Below, one piece after another: positions 24,250 through 37,105 of a DNA stretch of 64,000 nucleotides. The position numbers were made by a program, and so were the translations under genes. The DNA comes from Amphiscolops sp. MND2022 (taxonomy: Eukaryota), in NCBI GenBank assembly GCA_964187785.1, contig OZ076420.1, positions 27,466,001-27,530,000 on the forward strand, given 5' to 3'. The notes below the pieces were generated by a model. It was not told where the DNA came from. It saw only the letters and a program-made list of their open reading frames with translations, and did not search any database. How positions within the stretch are numbered: the first letter of the stretch is position 1; every line of letters starts with the position of its first letter.

Positions 24250-25750
24250 TTTGCATGATCAGTGCCAGATTCCGAGAAAGAGGTGGCTGTAGAATTTGTG
24301 CTTTGTAGGGGAACATGGCCAATTTTGTTGATTTGATTCATCAACCAATAGTGAAATAAGTACCTTTTCTTTTTGAGCAGTGATCAAAGTAGTAGTCGGG
24401 GTGGATATGGTTAGTAACCAGCCAAGTCCAGGTTTACAGTACTGTTGAATAAATAACTGCGTAATTAGTTGCACTTGGCTTCGTCGTTTGCATAGAACAC
24501 TGCGTTTAGAAAACAAAAATTTAAACTGGTGAAGAATTGCTAAATAAATGAGTAGTCGTGAGTTCCAGTCTAGACCATGCCAAGGTTCGCTGCACCAAAC
24601 GTACGCACGTCTTCTCTCAGCGGGTACTTGATCAATGTGACACTGTGGCTTCAGTAGTATTGTATCATTATATCAGGGACTAATGACAGAAAATTTTTTA
24701 GCAGGTAGGGCTCGTTTTTGTGAGATGACAACGTCGATGACAACGTAACACAACTAGAACATTGTAAGCTCCGGAAGCAGCTGTTGTGTGTTGAAGCAAA
24801 TTTAACTGCAAACGAAAGTGTAATGCGTTCGAGTCGAGATTTTGGTATTTGTTTTCAAAAGACAAGCTAATCGATAAACTTGCTGGTATGGAAACTGGTA
24901 TGGTAAAGCTTCCGGAATGAAATGATATCAACCAATAGGCGACTATTGTGGCATCAACCAATCGTATCACAAGAATGTCGTGAAGTATGAGTATTTGTAA
25001 TCCAAAGTTGAATGGTTGTTGTTACGGAAAACGTTCAGCATTCCAGCAACCAGAAAGCACCATAGTACTTTTTCTGTGTCGCAAGGCTAGATATGTTGCC
25101 TTCGTGAACCAATGGTTCTGTACTGCAGCTTCCGTTCACAATCAACACCCTTGGCAATCAAACTGTGATGAACAGGCAAGAAACGTGTTGCTTCTTGTAT
25201 GATTTTCACTAGTCTTTAAATTTTTGAATTTTTGTACAGTCAGTTGAATCGCGGTAGTTGTATTTTGTCTGCCAATAGCTCAAATATCCTTTGTTTTTGT
25301 ATCTGTCTGCAAAGTCCATGACAATTGCGGAATCGAATGCTACGATCTCCAGTGTATACTTTTCGACAAGCTAATGCCATTGATTCCAAGTATCTAATGT
25401 CATCGATTGATTATGTGTCGACCGTTTCTCGTGAGGTACTTGATGAAATGAATCTAAAAGTACCAAAGGTATTTTTCACAACCATTACCACGGTAAGGGC
25501 CCGGGCGTTGGCAAGCTTTTCTCCGTCTTCAACGATGATACATACTTCCCCATTCTGGCAGTATCATTCTGAGACTTTTGCGCACGTAGTTCCGTTGTGA
25601 GTCCTTGCTGTAGGTGAAGAAAAACATTCAATTGCGCGGTAATCGTTCGTTGTTTTGATAATCATGTGTTTGGTGACCAGTATAAATTGACTTGAAGGCG
25701 ATTAGAACACCTTGTCTTAAATCGCTTGATTTGATCCTAATATTGAGTTC
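24250..25750 (-). pseudogene. Unassigned decayed Cys-rich coding region (copy 1)
   Basis: Long reading-frame fragments with Cys clusters (ECF...HNGTTCAKVSE*YCQNGEVCI, ACRK...NCHGLC) and VAYWLISFHSGSFTIPVSIP...FENKYQNL. Family not recognised. Confidence 0.35.
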
Positions 25751-25929
25751 TGAGCTCGATGCAAGGCATTTGCCTACAGAAGCCTATTTTTTTGAGCAAG
25801 ACTCAAATCATTGCACGGTCATTATCATTAGAAAAAGAATCCATTACAGTTGATGGTTAGAAAATGAATCCACTACCGGCTCGCGTGCTTCGTTGTCTTC
25901 TGATGACAGATAGATAATGATGTCCTCTA

Positions 25930-26775
25930 GATAATTGATTTTTCTTGTATTGTTGCTTGGTTTCCCACGGCACACCCGTGCGAAAAGTGCCCTATTTACT
26001 GAAAACTGTTGCATTTTACCGTTTTTGCCGACCAGTTGTGTTGGGGTGTCCAGTTTTGTCGTCCGCGGAATCCGCAGTTGTTATTCTTCGGTTGGTTTCG
26101 ATATTGTTTCGCTTGGATTTTCTGTATGGGTTCTTGTTTTATTTCTTTGTCTTTTGCCAAGGCGGGTGGTATGGTGGATTGTTTGTGTCGGTGGTCATAG
26201 CTGTTTTGGGTGAGAAACTCTACGGTTGTTTTCAAATCTAAGGTCTTTTCATGAATAATTTTTCTCCGAAGATTTTTGTCGGTTAAACTCGTGATAAGTT
26301 TTGATGTAAGGAGGTCCTCTTGTTTTATGTTCTTGAAATCATAGTTCCTTTCCAGTGTTATTAGTTTTTTCCAGTGTTCTTCGTGTGTCTCGTTGTCCTC
26401 TTGCTTTGCCCAGAAGAAATCTCCACGGCTGTGACAGGTGTTTCTTTTCGGCATGCAGTATTCCTGGAGTAGCTGTATTAGTTTTTTGATTTTGATTGTG
26501 TCGGGGTCCGTGTTAAACTCTCATTTTGTGATAGTTTCAATTGCTGATGGTCCGGCGCCCCAAATGAAATCTTGTCTGATTTCGGGTTCTTTTGTATTCC
26601 AATTTCCGTCGGTGGGTACCGTGTCGTCCGTCAGTATTTGTTTGATGTTGATATTGTGGATTCTCTTTATGTAATACGGAAGTCGTTCTGTCCATTCTCT
26701 GGGTGTGTATATTTTCTTTCCGTCGAGTCCGGTGTCTTCTAGGTATGGTAATTGTATCTTCGTTGCCGTGGCCAT
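25930..26775 (-). pseudogene. gag: Ty3/Gypsy gag without pol (copy 1, internal TGA at 26521-26523)
   Basis: Retrotransposon-gag features HSRGDFFWAKQEDNETHEEHWKKL and LDLKTTVE, and a broken zinc knuckle KCN..Q*IGHF(+2 nt)ARVC. No protease or RT follows. Confidence 0.8.
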
Positions 26776-26999
26776 TTTGTTGTTGTGGTTTAAAAAGGGT
26801 TTGTAAGTATAGAAAAATAAAAATCTTGCTACTGCGCCTTGTTAAAATCTCGTAGTTTCTATTAAAACGGTGTTTGGGTAGTAAGTATCTTTCAACTGAT
26901 CCATAGTGTATTTTAGGAAACGAATGGTATGTTATCAATGATCTGAACAAAAATGCGACAGAAATCAATCAGAGTTTGTATGTAAATAACACTTGAACA

Positions 27000-27681
27000 A
27001 CTCTCTGTCTAGGGGATCTAAGATTACGAAATGTGGCAGTTTGACCTTGGCATTCCACAGTATGTCGGAACTGTTTGCATTTAAATCGGAACGAGAGCGT
27101 CGGACCTCATCAAAAAGGGAGAGATATTCATCCCTCAAGAACTGGTCATTCATCTATCCGGGAAGACGTAAAGCAACAAGATAGTGGTGGAAGCAAAGAA
27201 GCCTTGAGATTGTATGCAAAGAGAACGAAGCACCTGGATCGAAACAAGCCAACCCTATCACAACATCAAAATGGACTGAAATATAACTCAGCGTCGCTCT
27301 CAACAAATGGGCGACGTAGTTTCGTAGTTTTCAGCAAAAGTGCCCAACTGGATCTTCGAGGCAAGACTCGCTTGGCTGCAAGAAGACTTGCTGGAGTTGG
27401 CCTGTTGCTCGGACGCCGACCTGCAGGCACTGTTTACAAGGTCACTCATTTAGGCTCGGTTGAGAAATTGAAGGATGTCGCTGAAGTAAATGTACCTGCA
27501 GAAGACGGGATGGAACGCTCTACCGCAGCCACTAGCCGTAGATCCCGAGAAGGAGATGGTGCATGATCTTGCGAATCGAAAAGAAATCCTAAACAAAAAG
27601 GAAAGAAATTGCGCTGAACAATCCTTAGGAATTCCGCGAGCCGCGATTAGAAATTATCCGGAAGTACAACTGGAAATTTGA
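27000..27681 (+). other. Unassigned coding-like fragment, possibly from a DNA transposon (weak FLYWCH-like pattern)
   Basis: 163-aa ORF 27075-27566 containing NKPTL...NGLKYN...NGRR. Open in both copies (second at 40754-41245). Confidence 0.2.
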
Positions 27682-27699
27682 AAATCAGGAAAAACATTT

Positions 27700-28300
27700 C
27701 ATGTATTTTTGGAAGCCATGGAGTTGAAAACTAACAAACTGGAAGTTTCCACTTTTATTCATTTTTTGTCAAATTTTCGATAGACATCAAGGATTAGAAT
27801 GATAAAACTGTTAAACAACTGAAAAATTCGTTGTTTCAGCTTTGTCGAAAGATAAAAACACTTTGTTGAAAAAAAGGACCCAGAGCTGTCGAAAGATCCA
27901 GAACTTTTATGTTTTTGATGTTTTTAATGCAATTATTGGACAATCTCGGGGAGATTTCATGACAAGAAGTCCTAAAACGTTGAAACCTGAAAAAACGCTA
28001 AGCAGTGCTTTTTTTGACGGGAACGTTGTCTCAAAACTCTTCAAAATGATTCCAAATGAGTCGAAAATTGTCAACAACTTCGTTTTTATGCAAATTGTGT
28101 ACTTTCTGAAAAGTTTTGAAGTCCTAATGTTGGAAAATATTCAACGAATGAACTCTAAAATCAGTGAACTTTTTTGGGACATTCTTACAAAGTTTGGATG
28201 TAACGTTTCCAAAGTTCAGATGTAACGTTTTTAAAGTTCGGATATAACGTTTTCTTCCCACTTTGTAGTCCTTTTACAGTTTTTGAGCCTTATATATGGC
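27700..28300. repeat. Dispersed repeat family member
   Basis: Duplicated at ~41380-41980 and present as a more diverged copy at ~43430-43860. Confidence 0.75.
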
Positions 28301-28675
28301 GTCGACTTGAGTTCAACTAATTGGTCGTTTTTTTCAATACTTTCTGCACTACGTTTTTTGGAGATTGAAGGGCCCACATTTGATTTCAATCGGAACTCTG
28401 AGACTAACGAGTCTTTTCAAAATAGATCCTGAGTGTTTGAACTACATTGCGCAACAAACTTCAAGCTAACGCAACAGTCCTACTTTTCGTTGATTGAAAT
28501 GAGTTCGCAGCGAAAAGTCACTGAATTGGAAACTTTCATAGATGAAAATCATTCCGAAGCAGTCTAAGGTAGCTGCACCTGATCTAAGGTACCTGCAGCG
28601 TCTACTACCAAGTACTAACCAAGTAATTTGAAAAACTTTCTGTAACAACTCTCTGAAGTCATAATATTTAAAACT

Positions 28676-29110
28676 ATGTACAAGGAGCAGCGAATGAATC
28701 CACTTGGTTTAGATCTGAACGAGATTTTTTTTAGATCTATAGTGAAGGTTGCTGTACTCAAGGTGGTCCGAATCAAATCCAGATCACGCATGTTGGAATT
28801 CTTGCAATATTGGGTGGCAGTTGCCGCCGGAAAATACGATGGAATGATTGGGGTGGAGACCTTCTTCTCAACTAATGAGAAAACAGCAACAAAAGGAGTT
28901 GAAAAAAGCAATGGAGCGATTGAGGCGAATAAACCGACTGAAAGACCGCACTCTTCCCCACTTCGGTCCGAGCTGGTGGAGTGTGTGTCGTTGTCTGAGG
29001 CCCCGAAAAATCTTGGAATAGTTGGTTCCGGGATGACCCGAAAACTTCTGAACATGGCAGGAATTACTGATTGCTTCGTTACCAGCTCCCCTCGAACTTG
29101 CTCTCTCTAA
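28676..29110 (+). CDS. RPS2-like: Chimeric uS5/RPS2-like ORF created by the duplication junction (144 aa)
   Basis: New 22-aa N-terminus MYKEQRMNPLGLDLNEIFFRSI, read through the 20-bp filler, is in frame with VKVAVLK... of the uS5-like domain. Confidence 0.6.
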   Translation: MYKEQRMNPLGLDLNEIFFRSIVKVAVLKVVRIKSRSRMLEFLQYWVAVAAGKYDGMIGVETFFSTNEKTATKGVEKSNGAIEANKPTERPHSSPLRSELVECVSLSEAPKNLGIVGSGMTRKLLNMAGITDCFVTSSPRTCSL

Positions 29111-29527
29111 GCTTGGTTATCATTAGCTTGACAACGAAAGTGTTTTTGACACTTTTTTAATACTTTTGAACCAAAACAAAACGATTTAATTGAGTCAGAC
29201 GAAAAATGAAACACATAATTTTCCTTTTGACTTTTTTAACAACTGTGTTTGTGACAGGTAAACGTTTGATCATTTCAACGCAGGTCAGTTACCTTTATTG
29301 TGTGTTGGACTAGTGTTGATTGTTGTCGACATCCGGCGAAGAGTCTCGCTTACGATGTACTTAGTACTATGTGCACCCACTGCGGCAATGTCAAAACATT
29401 CAAAACTAGCCAAACTACCCTCTTAATCCTTTCGATCCTCTCCCGTTCTAGTTCCTTCCATTGACGGAAAAATCTTTGCTCACTGTCTTCTTTGGTTCCG
29501 CCATAAAGTGAGAGACCGTATAACCAA

Positions 29528-30210
29528 AGATAGAATGCATTTATTCCATATATGTGCCTGTGTTTATCAAATCTTAGACGGTTTTGGCCTACGGTATGCT
29601 ACTGCATCATGAAAGATAGATTGCATATAACCTATATATGTCCATGTATAGCCAATCTTAGACAATTTTGGGATGTAGTGAGCTACTGTATAGCCAGAAG
29701 TAGACTGCTTATATCCCATAGATGCTTGAGTATATGAAATCTTAGACTGTTTTGACATGTAATATGCTAGTGTAATGTGAAAGATAGACTGAATTGACCC
29801 TGTATATCCATGTGAAAATCAAAAATTAAACAGTTTTTTGGCATGTAGAAAACTACGGTATATTGAAAGAGTGACTGCACATATTCCATAAATTCTTGTG
29901 TATATCAAATTTTGAACAGTTTTGGCATGTAGTAAGCTACTGTATATTGAAAAACAGACTGCATTTTACCCATATATATGTTTGTGTATATCCAATTTTA
30001 GCTTGCGTTGGCCTACAATATGCTTCCGTATATCGAAAGATTTGTGATTGTAAATTGTCAATCTTAGACAGGTTTTGCATGTATTAAGCTACTGTTTTTT
30101 GAACTAGTTTTTGCTACTGTTTACATTTGTCACATTTTTGCCGGTTCTAGCATGTAGTATGGTTCTGTATAACGAAAGATTGACTGCATGTATGCAATAA
30201 ATGCTTACGA
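29528..30210. repeat. Degenerate ~85-bp tandem repeat, copy 2
   Basis: Duplicate of 15840-16520. Confidence 0.85.
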
Positions 30211-30331
30211 TTGATCATTCTTGGATGATTTTGATGTACTGTTCAGTCAGTAAGAAGAAACTGGTTTCGTGCAGAACTATTGAATCCTTTCGAAGAATAA
30301 CATAGCAAACATTACAAGCGTAGTTGAGTTT

Positions 30332-30841
30332 TCAAAAGCAATGAAGTAGATGAATAATCATCAATTTTCTATTCGCTGTCGTTTTCCGAATCACTGATTC
30401 TGGCCATTTGTTTCGCTTTTGTGGTCCCTCGTTCGTTCCTAAGTCCGCATATAGTTCGATCAGACAGCAAGTTTCCGAGTTTCTGTTTCTCTCATTCTCG
30501 GTATCCTGCGCAACCACTTGAAAAACACTTGAATGGCTGCTTTGGGTGTATGATGATCCCCTTCTTTTATCGTCATCGCAAAAAAGAATGAAGTTTTTTA
30601 TATCAACATATTCCGCTTCGTCAATTTTGAAAGGACTTCGTGATGCAAGTGACTGCTCGTCATCACATTGATCCAAGTCTGCTAAGTATTCGTTGAGTTC
30701 TTCTTTCGAATAGCTTCTCTGATGCAAGGCAGCGTCCAGCAGTGACCAGTCTATTATCTGATCGTACGTGTTATCAAACCCGTTATGGGTGCCAGAGCGT
30801 TGTTCGTTACTTTCTCGATCATTTATCGGCAATGAGCTCAA
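30332..30841 (-). CDS. Acidic 169-aa ORF downstream of pPolB (copy 2)
   Basis: Duplicate of 16645-17154. Confidence 0.4.
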   Translation of the reverse strand: MSSLPINDRESNEQRSGTHNGFDNTYDQIIDWSLLDAALHQRSYSKEELNEYLADLDQCDDEQSLASRSPFKIDEAEYVDIKNFILFCDDDKRRGSSYTQSSHSSVFQVVAQDTENERNRNSETCCLIELYADLGTNEGPQKRNKWPESVIRKTTANRKLMIIHLLHCF

Positions 30842-30889
30842 TGACTGAAATTCGCTCCACTAGGACTGAGGGTGTTCAATTTCCTCACG

Positions 30890-32450
30890 AATCACCTTCG
30901 TCCAGAATGTTTAGAAGAAGAGTTTTGTCCCTGATTGCAGAATGCCCCAGCGGCAAACAGGTAATACCGGCTTCTTGAATATATCGCTTGTGATCAAAGC
31001 AACTCAGAGATACTTTATTGCAGTTGGTGGTTCAATGAGCCAATTCGGGTGTTGAGCGTTTCAAATGATTGACCTGGCATTAGAACCTGGCGGTACAGTT
31101 CTTTCTCGAGTTTTCGTTGAGCGGATTGGGTGACTCCTTTGGCTGAAAGTTTCTGTTTGCCGCCCGAGCAAAAAAAAACACTTTTTGGGCTTCAACCCAA
31201 TAAACTCTTCACTTGGAACACCCGCAAGTTCATCCTTGATCTTGGGTGTCACTAGTTTTTGCGAATTGAAGTAGAGGCTATGAGAAGGAGGGTAGTGGGA
31301 CTCATCAAAGTGATATCGTAGCTGCTCACTGGTCTCAAAAACTTTGTACAAGTACTCCCTTTCTTTTTTCCGTATAGTGAAGGTTTCGAAAATACCAAGC
31401 AGCAATCAAAGTTCTTTTTCTCACATTTTATTGAACGTCGAACATGTAGTACTTTGCCAAATTAAAGATGGTAGCACCCACTGTCGTTGGTTTGTTCCAC
31501 GGAACCATTTGTTTTCTCGGGACCAGAGCAGCTAAGTTGCCGTCAAAGATTTTGAACTCTTCGAATGAGTGGTTGGAAAGCCGTTTCTTCACCTTTTCTT
31601 CTGAGCGCACGAGGGGCAGGTTAACTCGCTTCCGTTTATTTTCCAGTGTTTTCCCGAAAAGCTTTTTTTCATGAGCTTTTAAAAACTCCCTTCAACTTTG
31701 TTTTTGGATTCTTGACGCTTCAATGTATTCAGCTGAATGTAAGGTTTCAACCAGCTCTTTTGAAAAAACTGTAGTACTCTATGAAATTTTGAGACTTTCA
31801 AAGCGAGACTGACATTCAACATTGAGCTTGATATAGTGCACTGTACAGTTGGTCTTGACACACAGTGTCTGGACCACTTTCTTTGTTGTGTTGCGGGAAT
31901 GTAATGAATTGTTTTTCTTCAAAGTATCCTGTTGCCAAGAACTCAAATCATGCTATGAACTATTCTCCTTCGTTGGTGCTAGCGGAAAGTCGCGATGTGA
32001 ATCATGAAGACTTTTGTGATACTCTAGGTCAACTCAAAATATAGCCAGTTGATGACCCGTCCGGAGTGTGTTCAGTATAGGCAGCAAGTCTGTCTTTTCC
32101 GATTCAAAATCATTCAGTGGTAGCGGAAATAGTTCCATTACTCCTCCATAGATGTTGTTGGCGTCTAGCATTATTCCAAAAATATCTTCTTGAGTTGGAT
32201 CATAGTGATCGAGTTGTTTGTTTTCACACTTCAAACCCCAGACGAGAAGAGACCTCGAGGCTCTACCCGTCAATTTTTGCAACCAGGGGTCTTCAGAAGT
32301 AGCGCCAAAAATTACCACAACATTTCGACGCCTTACAAATGAGGGGCTTTGAAAATCTCTTCGTGGACCCGTATTCTGTCTGGAAGTTGCCATCAGAAGA
32401 GAAGCAATTCAACCTCAACCCTATTCTAAAACATGTTGTAAATAATTCCC
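30890..32450 (-). pseudogene. polB: Protein-primed DNA polymerase B remnant (copy 2)
   Basis: Same motifs as copy 1, with an extra A in a homopolymer near 31170 that adds a frameshift. Confidence 0.93.
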
Positions 32451-32679
32451 TTTATCTTGTTGAAGTTCGACTTAATTGTGTTTTGTAAAAATCATTGCAT
32501 TTGTTTCTACGTTCACTCTTTGGTTTTGTCATATGCTGGACGTTCTTTTTTGATAACTTTCTCTTCCACTCACTTGAAAGTCTAGTCTTTTCTTTTCTCT
32601 GAAAAAAGGTAAACTTCACACTGTTAATTGAGCGTTCCAGCATTGTAGAGCATACATTTTTTTAGGTATCATGCAATGA

Positions 32680-33040
32680 AAAGATGTATAAAACGGAAAA
32701 GCTCCTTCTTCTCACTTATGTATGCTGTAGCGGGTTTAAAACCACTAAAAACAAAAATAAATATACAGCGTAGTCTGAAGTTATTTTTTGCAAAGGGACA
32801 TTGATAAGCTCTCTCACTTCAAAGTCTGCAATTGATGGTCACTGATATGCTTGTAGTAGTGAACAGGTAGCCCGAATAGGTCTGCAAAAACTGAGTGATC
32901 GTATCTTTTGCGACCGAGTGCCTTTTCGGGTTGCTTTTTCAGAGTGTACAATCAAAAAAGGTTGTCTATCAATAGAAAGAAGAAAGTTGTCTGCTGCTTA
33001 GACACATGCAAATTTGTACTTAAATTTGTACATGCAATAT
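32680..33040 (-). pseudogene. Adenain-like protease remnant (copy 2)
   Basis: Duplicate of 18990-19350. Confidence 0.7.
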
Positions 33041-33078
33041 CTACCTCGTCAATCACTTTCAGGCCCAATTCCAGTTGC

Positions 33079-34279
33079 ATTAGGACAATTTTTTGAGACT
33101 TTCTGCGAATTGATGTAGATAAATGTTAATATCTCCCCCGGGAAAAATACCTCAGTGTTTGCTGCCAAACCTGCTGTAAACCGTAATTCAACTGTAATTA
33201 GTGACCTACGGATACAATATTCATGCGACGCTTGCTGCATACTAGCCAAATGTTGAAAACCATGCAATATTGATCTATAACTTTATTATTGGTATTACAT
33301 GTCCGTGATGACCAAAGGCTAGCGCTTCAAGTGAATTTAGCTTTTGTTTTTTGTTGTCATCAGTTTGAAATGGGGTACCAGCAATATGGTAACCATTACG
33401 ATAAATAGTTATTCTTGCAAGATTGAATTTATGAAAATGGAATGGATTGAGAGTTTTGCCACCTAGGAATGCTCTGTTGGTTGTCATTGCAACGGCAAAT
33501 CGGCATGTGGGTTCGCCGTTGAAATTGTTTTCTTGATTCCATTTGTTGCTGTTTTGCGGCATCAGAAACGATTCCGGAATCATTTCTGTATAGCGATGCA
33601 TTGCATTGGTTTTTGTAAGAGCGATTTTAATTGCTGTGTGATTTTAACATTCTCTGATACTGACTTTTTGCCCACATGTAAATTGCCTTGTGTAATTCCA
33701 ACTTTTCAGTCATTAGCATCATTGTCGTAAATGACGCAAAACTCTGGCCTTGTTGGAAGAAAAGTTAGACGAAGTGTAACTCCACTTAGCAAATGCTTGT
33801 CAGACGTAAAGGAGACAGCGGCTGTTTTTCCAATCAAGGTATTTGTATTTGACGTTCGCGTCTCTTGCTCCCTGCTGGTGAATGCAGCGCTGATGAGATC
33901 AGACGGGTCGTCTTCAAAGTTGTAACTTTGACATTTCAACCAGCTGTCCCTACGTTCTTTGTTTGTTGAGAATTCAGTTTCCAGGAACGCCTTTGGTGCA
34001 TAAAATCCGTTGGCAGAGGATATTATCACCTCGTTCGCAACAAAAGTGCAGTCCGGAAAAGAAGAATGTGAAGCATTAATTTACAATTTTGGTGAATCAG
34101 TGTTTGCAGCAATCGTTGCCTAACACTGCAAAGCATTGCGAATTCCAAAGTTGGTCCATTGGTGGCATAGAGAGTTTAAATTTGTTGTTCAAATGAGGGG
34201 TCAAATGTGGTCAAGAGTGGCGCTCCTTCGAAATTGTCTAAAAAACTGTGAGAAGCTTCAACAGATACAACGTTAGGCA
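33079..34279 (-). pseudogene. Major capsid protein remnant (copy 2)
   Basis: Duplicate of 19390-20590. Confidence 0.88.
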
Positions 34280-34328
34280 ACATTTCTCATTTGTGAAAAG
34301 AAATTAGACCGATTTCTCGCTGACTTTA

Positions 34329-34628
34329 TATTCTTTTAAGGACTCGCCAATTTTTGCGTCCTCCAACTTGTTTCTGTTTTGTTTTCCTAATGGCTGATTT
34401 CTTTGATCATCTAGGAGACTTCGTTTTGGAGACAACATCTACCAATTCAGGTAAAGTGTTTGCTATCAGGTCTCAATTGATTTGACTAGGAACAGTGGAA
34501 ACTTTTTCGCGAATGGCAATGCAACCCGACCAACTCCCTCCGCCAATGAACTGATGCCACTTGCACGTTGACTGAGAATTAGAAGTAAAATAAGGAAAAC
34601 CCGCTGGACGGGTTTAATAAGCATTCAT
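34329..34628 (-). pseudogene. pX-like basic core protein remnant (copy 2)
   Basis: Duplicate of 20640-20939. Confidence 0.6.
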
Positions 34629-34640
34629 TTTCATTTTTTT

Positions 34641-35483
34641 TCAAAATTTTAAAGTCAAAGCAACCCTTCCAGTTACAACAAACGGTACTCTTTGTCCCTT
34701 GACTGATACCAATTTAATTTGAACCTCTTGAGTTGTTGTAGAAATCAACTTTTTGAACTGCAGTTCGGTGAAGATCCGGTGGTCTGTAACTGTTGAATTT
34801 TTGAGTTTGTCTCCAACCAATCGCCGTGATTTGTCGATAATGCGAAGTAAAGGCGACTTTACACCAACAACGTGTTGTTGTTCAATGACGTTCAAGTTTA
34901 CAAAAAACACGGTCGTGGTAGCTTTAGATCAAGTGGATAGGAGTTTTTGATTGGCTGTTGCATCGTAACCACTTTTAATTTGCTTTCAACGAAGAACCCT
35001 CCTCGTGTTGTATCTGGTACTCCTTCTATGACCAAGACATCCAAGAGACTCCAATGTCGTACACTTTTACCATATCTATCAACATAGTTGAGTTTAACGC
35101 CATCGCCCACAAAAAACGTAGATGTAAAACGTTTTCTGATTTCAGTTCCTTTTTCTAGTCTCTCCAGAAAACTTTTGATAGTGATAAACTCCCCGCTATA
35201 AATTCCGCATTGTCAGATCAATCCTGCTGTCTTACTACTACACCTGCTCTGTCCCCCTTATTGTCATAGGCGCGCTGTGATATCGAGTCGTAGGAGTGTA
35301 AATCACGTAGCCAGTTGTCGTGATGTTTTTTCATTGTTGGGTGAATAATTTCGGCCAACGCGTCTTTCCAATCACCTTCCAAGTTGGATGGATGAGCCAG
35401 CAAGTTTTCAAAGACGACATCGTGTTATCTTAGTCAATGTTCAGGGAGCCTATTGACTCGGAATAAAAGTCAAACTCATCCAT
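34641..35483 (-). pseudogene. Penton remnant (copy 2)
   Basis: Duplicate of 20952-21794. Confidence 0.8.
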
Positions 35484-35889
35484 TTGTCATGGTCACTTCT
35501 GCCTCGTAAAACTTTCCTAGAGTACTTTCACCGTCAGCGACCGTAAAGTTGAATGTGGGTGGATAGAATGTTGCAATTCTTCTGATGGTAAGTATCTCGT
35601 CAGTAAAGTTTTATTTGTGTCATTTTCTGAATGGTAAAAAAATCTTGCTTGGCTTCACGAACCGGGTCTCAATTTTGAAATCGGAATTTATGACCAAGTT
35701 GGCTGAATTTTCTTCTGCAAGATATCGTGAGTGGGGAACGTGTTTTTAGTAACTACTTTATTATCGACTTTTTTCCTTGACACGTTTGTCATTTTTGTAG
35801 GTTGTCGATACTTTCATATGCAGCACTGCCTTCTGTATAAAATTGTTCAAACACTCTCAAATCATTCTGGGAGACTTTCCCAGCAGCCT
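35479..35889 (-). pseudogene. int: Core-deleted integrase (copy 2)
   Basis: Duplicate of 21790-22200 with the same deletion junction. Confidence 0.75.
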
Positions 35890-36534
35890 TTTTCAGCTTC
35901 TTCTTCTTCTTCTTCTTCTGCTTCCGGTCATCAATTTTAACTTTACCATCATCTTCTGGGAAAATTTGTTTATGCTGAAAATTTTATCAAAAATCGACTA
36001 TCACTTTTCCTTCTTTGAGGGTTTGAGCATAGACAAGGATTTAAGTACTCTGGTTTTGATGTCTTCTGACTTTGTTCCATTGTTTATTACAGTCTCAGTT
36101 TTTTCCATTCACGTTCTTGTTGGAAGATATTCAAACATTGTGCCATTCGGTTGACCCAAAACATCCAATGGTCGCGGTTGTTTCTTGATGGAAATGTCTT
36201 TGGGAGACAGAAAAAATTTTTGAGCAATCATTCTGTCGGATAACAGTGACAGGATTCTCCGATCACTTGCATTTATTTGATTCTCTTTGCTGTGGGAAGA
36301 ACTTGTCGTGGCTTCTGTTGGCTTCTTTGATTTGAATGTTTCCATTATTAAGGTTGACAGCGCACTCGCACAGAAACTTGATAAATTTGTCAAGGGAGAT
36401 ATGCAAATTTTTTCGCAAATGTTCGCTTTTTTTGTTTTTCTGCAGTTTTTCCGGTTCAATCGTAAGATGCGTTATTTGAGCTAATGACGGTGGTATGTAA
36501 AGTTCAGTTGGACACCACAATATTGAACCTATTA

Positions 36535-37105
36535 TGCAAAAAAAAAACACTTTTTCAAGGGTCAAAGTCAATCATGAAAGTACCAAAAGGTTCATTTATG
36601 GCTTTTTTTAGCAATCACGGATGAACTCTGTAATGCCCAACTGTCTTCCAAAAACATCAAATTGCTGAACATCTCGTGGTGATTTGAGTTGAATATCATC
36701 GGTTGTGACCAAACTGTAAGATCAATTTGACCACTTGCTCTAGTGAAACATTTTGTTTGGCAAAAAAGAAAGTCACTTTTTTATGTCAACCGAAGACTGC
36801 AAGTTTCACAAACTCCTTGTCCTGGTCGATCTCTTCGCATGATTCATCAAAAACCAACAATTAATTTTAACGGTTTTTAATCATTTCAAGCGTAAGCTGG
36901 GCAGGAATTCTATATCTTCGATCTTGTCTTGCATTTGTTTGAACAGTGGTTGGTACTTTTTGTTAAAGTACTTAAGTTTCCCGAAAGTTGGTTTGAATGT
37001 TATGGATAAAGCAAGCATTTTGCAAATCAGTCGAGGTTTACCAGAAATGCTTGGTCCTACCACTGACATGAAGATTCGGTCGTTTGTGAAAATGATTTTG
37101 TTCAT
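36535..37105 (-). pseudogene. Packaging ATPase remnant (copy 2)
   Basis: Duplicate of 22855-23426. Confidence 0.85.

Noticed and set aside
16500-25900. Polinton terminal inverted repeats and 6-bp TSD
   Set aside because: No inverted match between the two ends of the cassette. AGTAGT occurrences are internal.
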